A stretch of 57,988 bases of DNA from an uncultured Acetobacter sp. (GTDB taxonomy: Bacteria; Pseudomonadota; Alphaproteobacteria; Acetobacterales; Acetobacteraceae): positions 1-57,988 of the forward strand of contig CALLXM010000326.1 in NCBI GenBank assembly GCA_937875265.1. The letters run 5' to 3'. Within the stretch, counting starts at the first letter, position 1; every line of letters begins with the position of its first letter. The notes under the pieces were generated by a model. That model had not been told where the DNA came from, made no database searches, and saw nothing but the letters and a program-made list of their open reading frames with translations. The position numbers and the translations under genes are program-made. Shown piece after piece: positions 57,988-57,988 of this stretch.

Positions 57988-57988
57988 A

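Noticed and set aside
57840-57988. Repeated ACAAA(G/A)ATTTC.. units as a CRISPR or DNA repeat
   Set aside because: They are the coding 19-aa AIDA-like repeats of the Hint protein.
1-57988. tRNA, rRNA, CRISPR arrays, IS/transposase, integrase, prophage or defence genes
   Set aside because: None recognised by eye; small ncRNAs or MITEs cannot be excluded without Infernal or blastn.

Overview
58-kb chromosomal stretch, most likely from an acetic acid bacterium (Acetobacteraceae). That assignment is inferred from the Hint_2/AIDA-repeat protein and the TonB-dependent receptor (TBDR) types. No rRNA, tRNA, CRISPR array, transposase or phage gene was recognised. The window is a chain of nutrient-scavenging and catabolic modules. 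(1) 1-8203: His-box desaturase-like gene, signal-peptide-less PhnD-like protein, LysR with two HTH domains, TBDR, an aromatic amino acid lyase homologue lacking the MIO-forming Ala-Ser-Gly (Glu-Gly instead, ergothionase-like), and an ornithine cyclodeaminase (OCD)-family gene. This is the best candidate for an undescribed pathway. (2) Old Yellow Enzyme and a tripartite RND efflux operon. (3) A decaying LysR regulon (SDR/CMD chimeric pseudogene, SDR, RibD-like, frameshifted cupin) with a duplicated 49-bp promoter element. (4) A 2853-aa cyclic beta-1,2-glucan synthase. (5) Two TBDRs, a D-2-hydroxyacid dehydrogenase and a D-amino-acid transaminase/RidA/ketimine reductase unit. (6) Dihydroorotase and a D-carbamoylase/hydantoin-racemase/ABC operon without a classical hydantoinase. 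(7) An MFS transporter. (8) An ECF sigma/FecR/TonB transducer linked to a Tat-exported phospholipase C with Pho-box-like sites. (9) A Hint-domain surface protein cut by the window end. All functional calls come from motif recognition by eye, not database searches.
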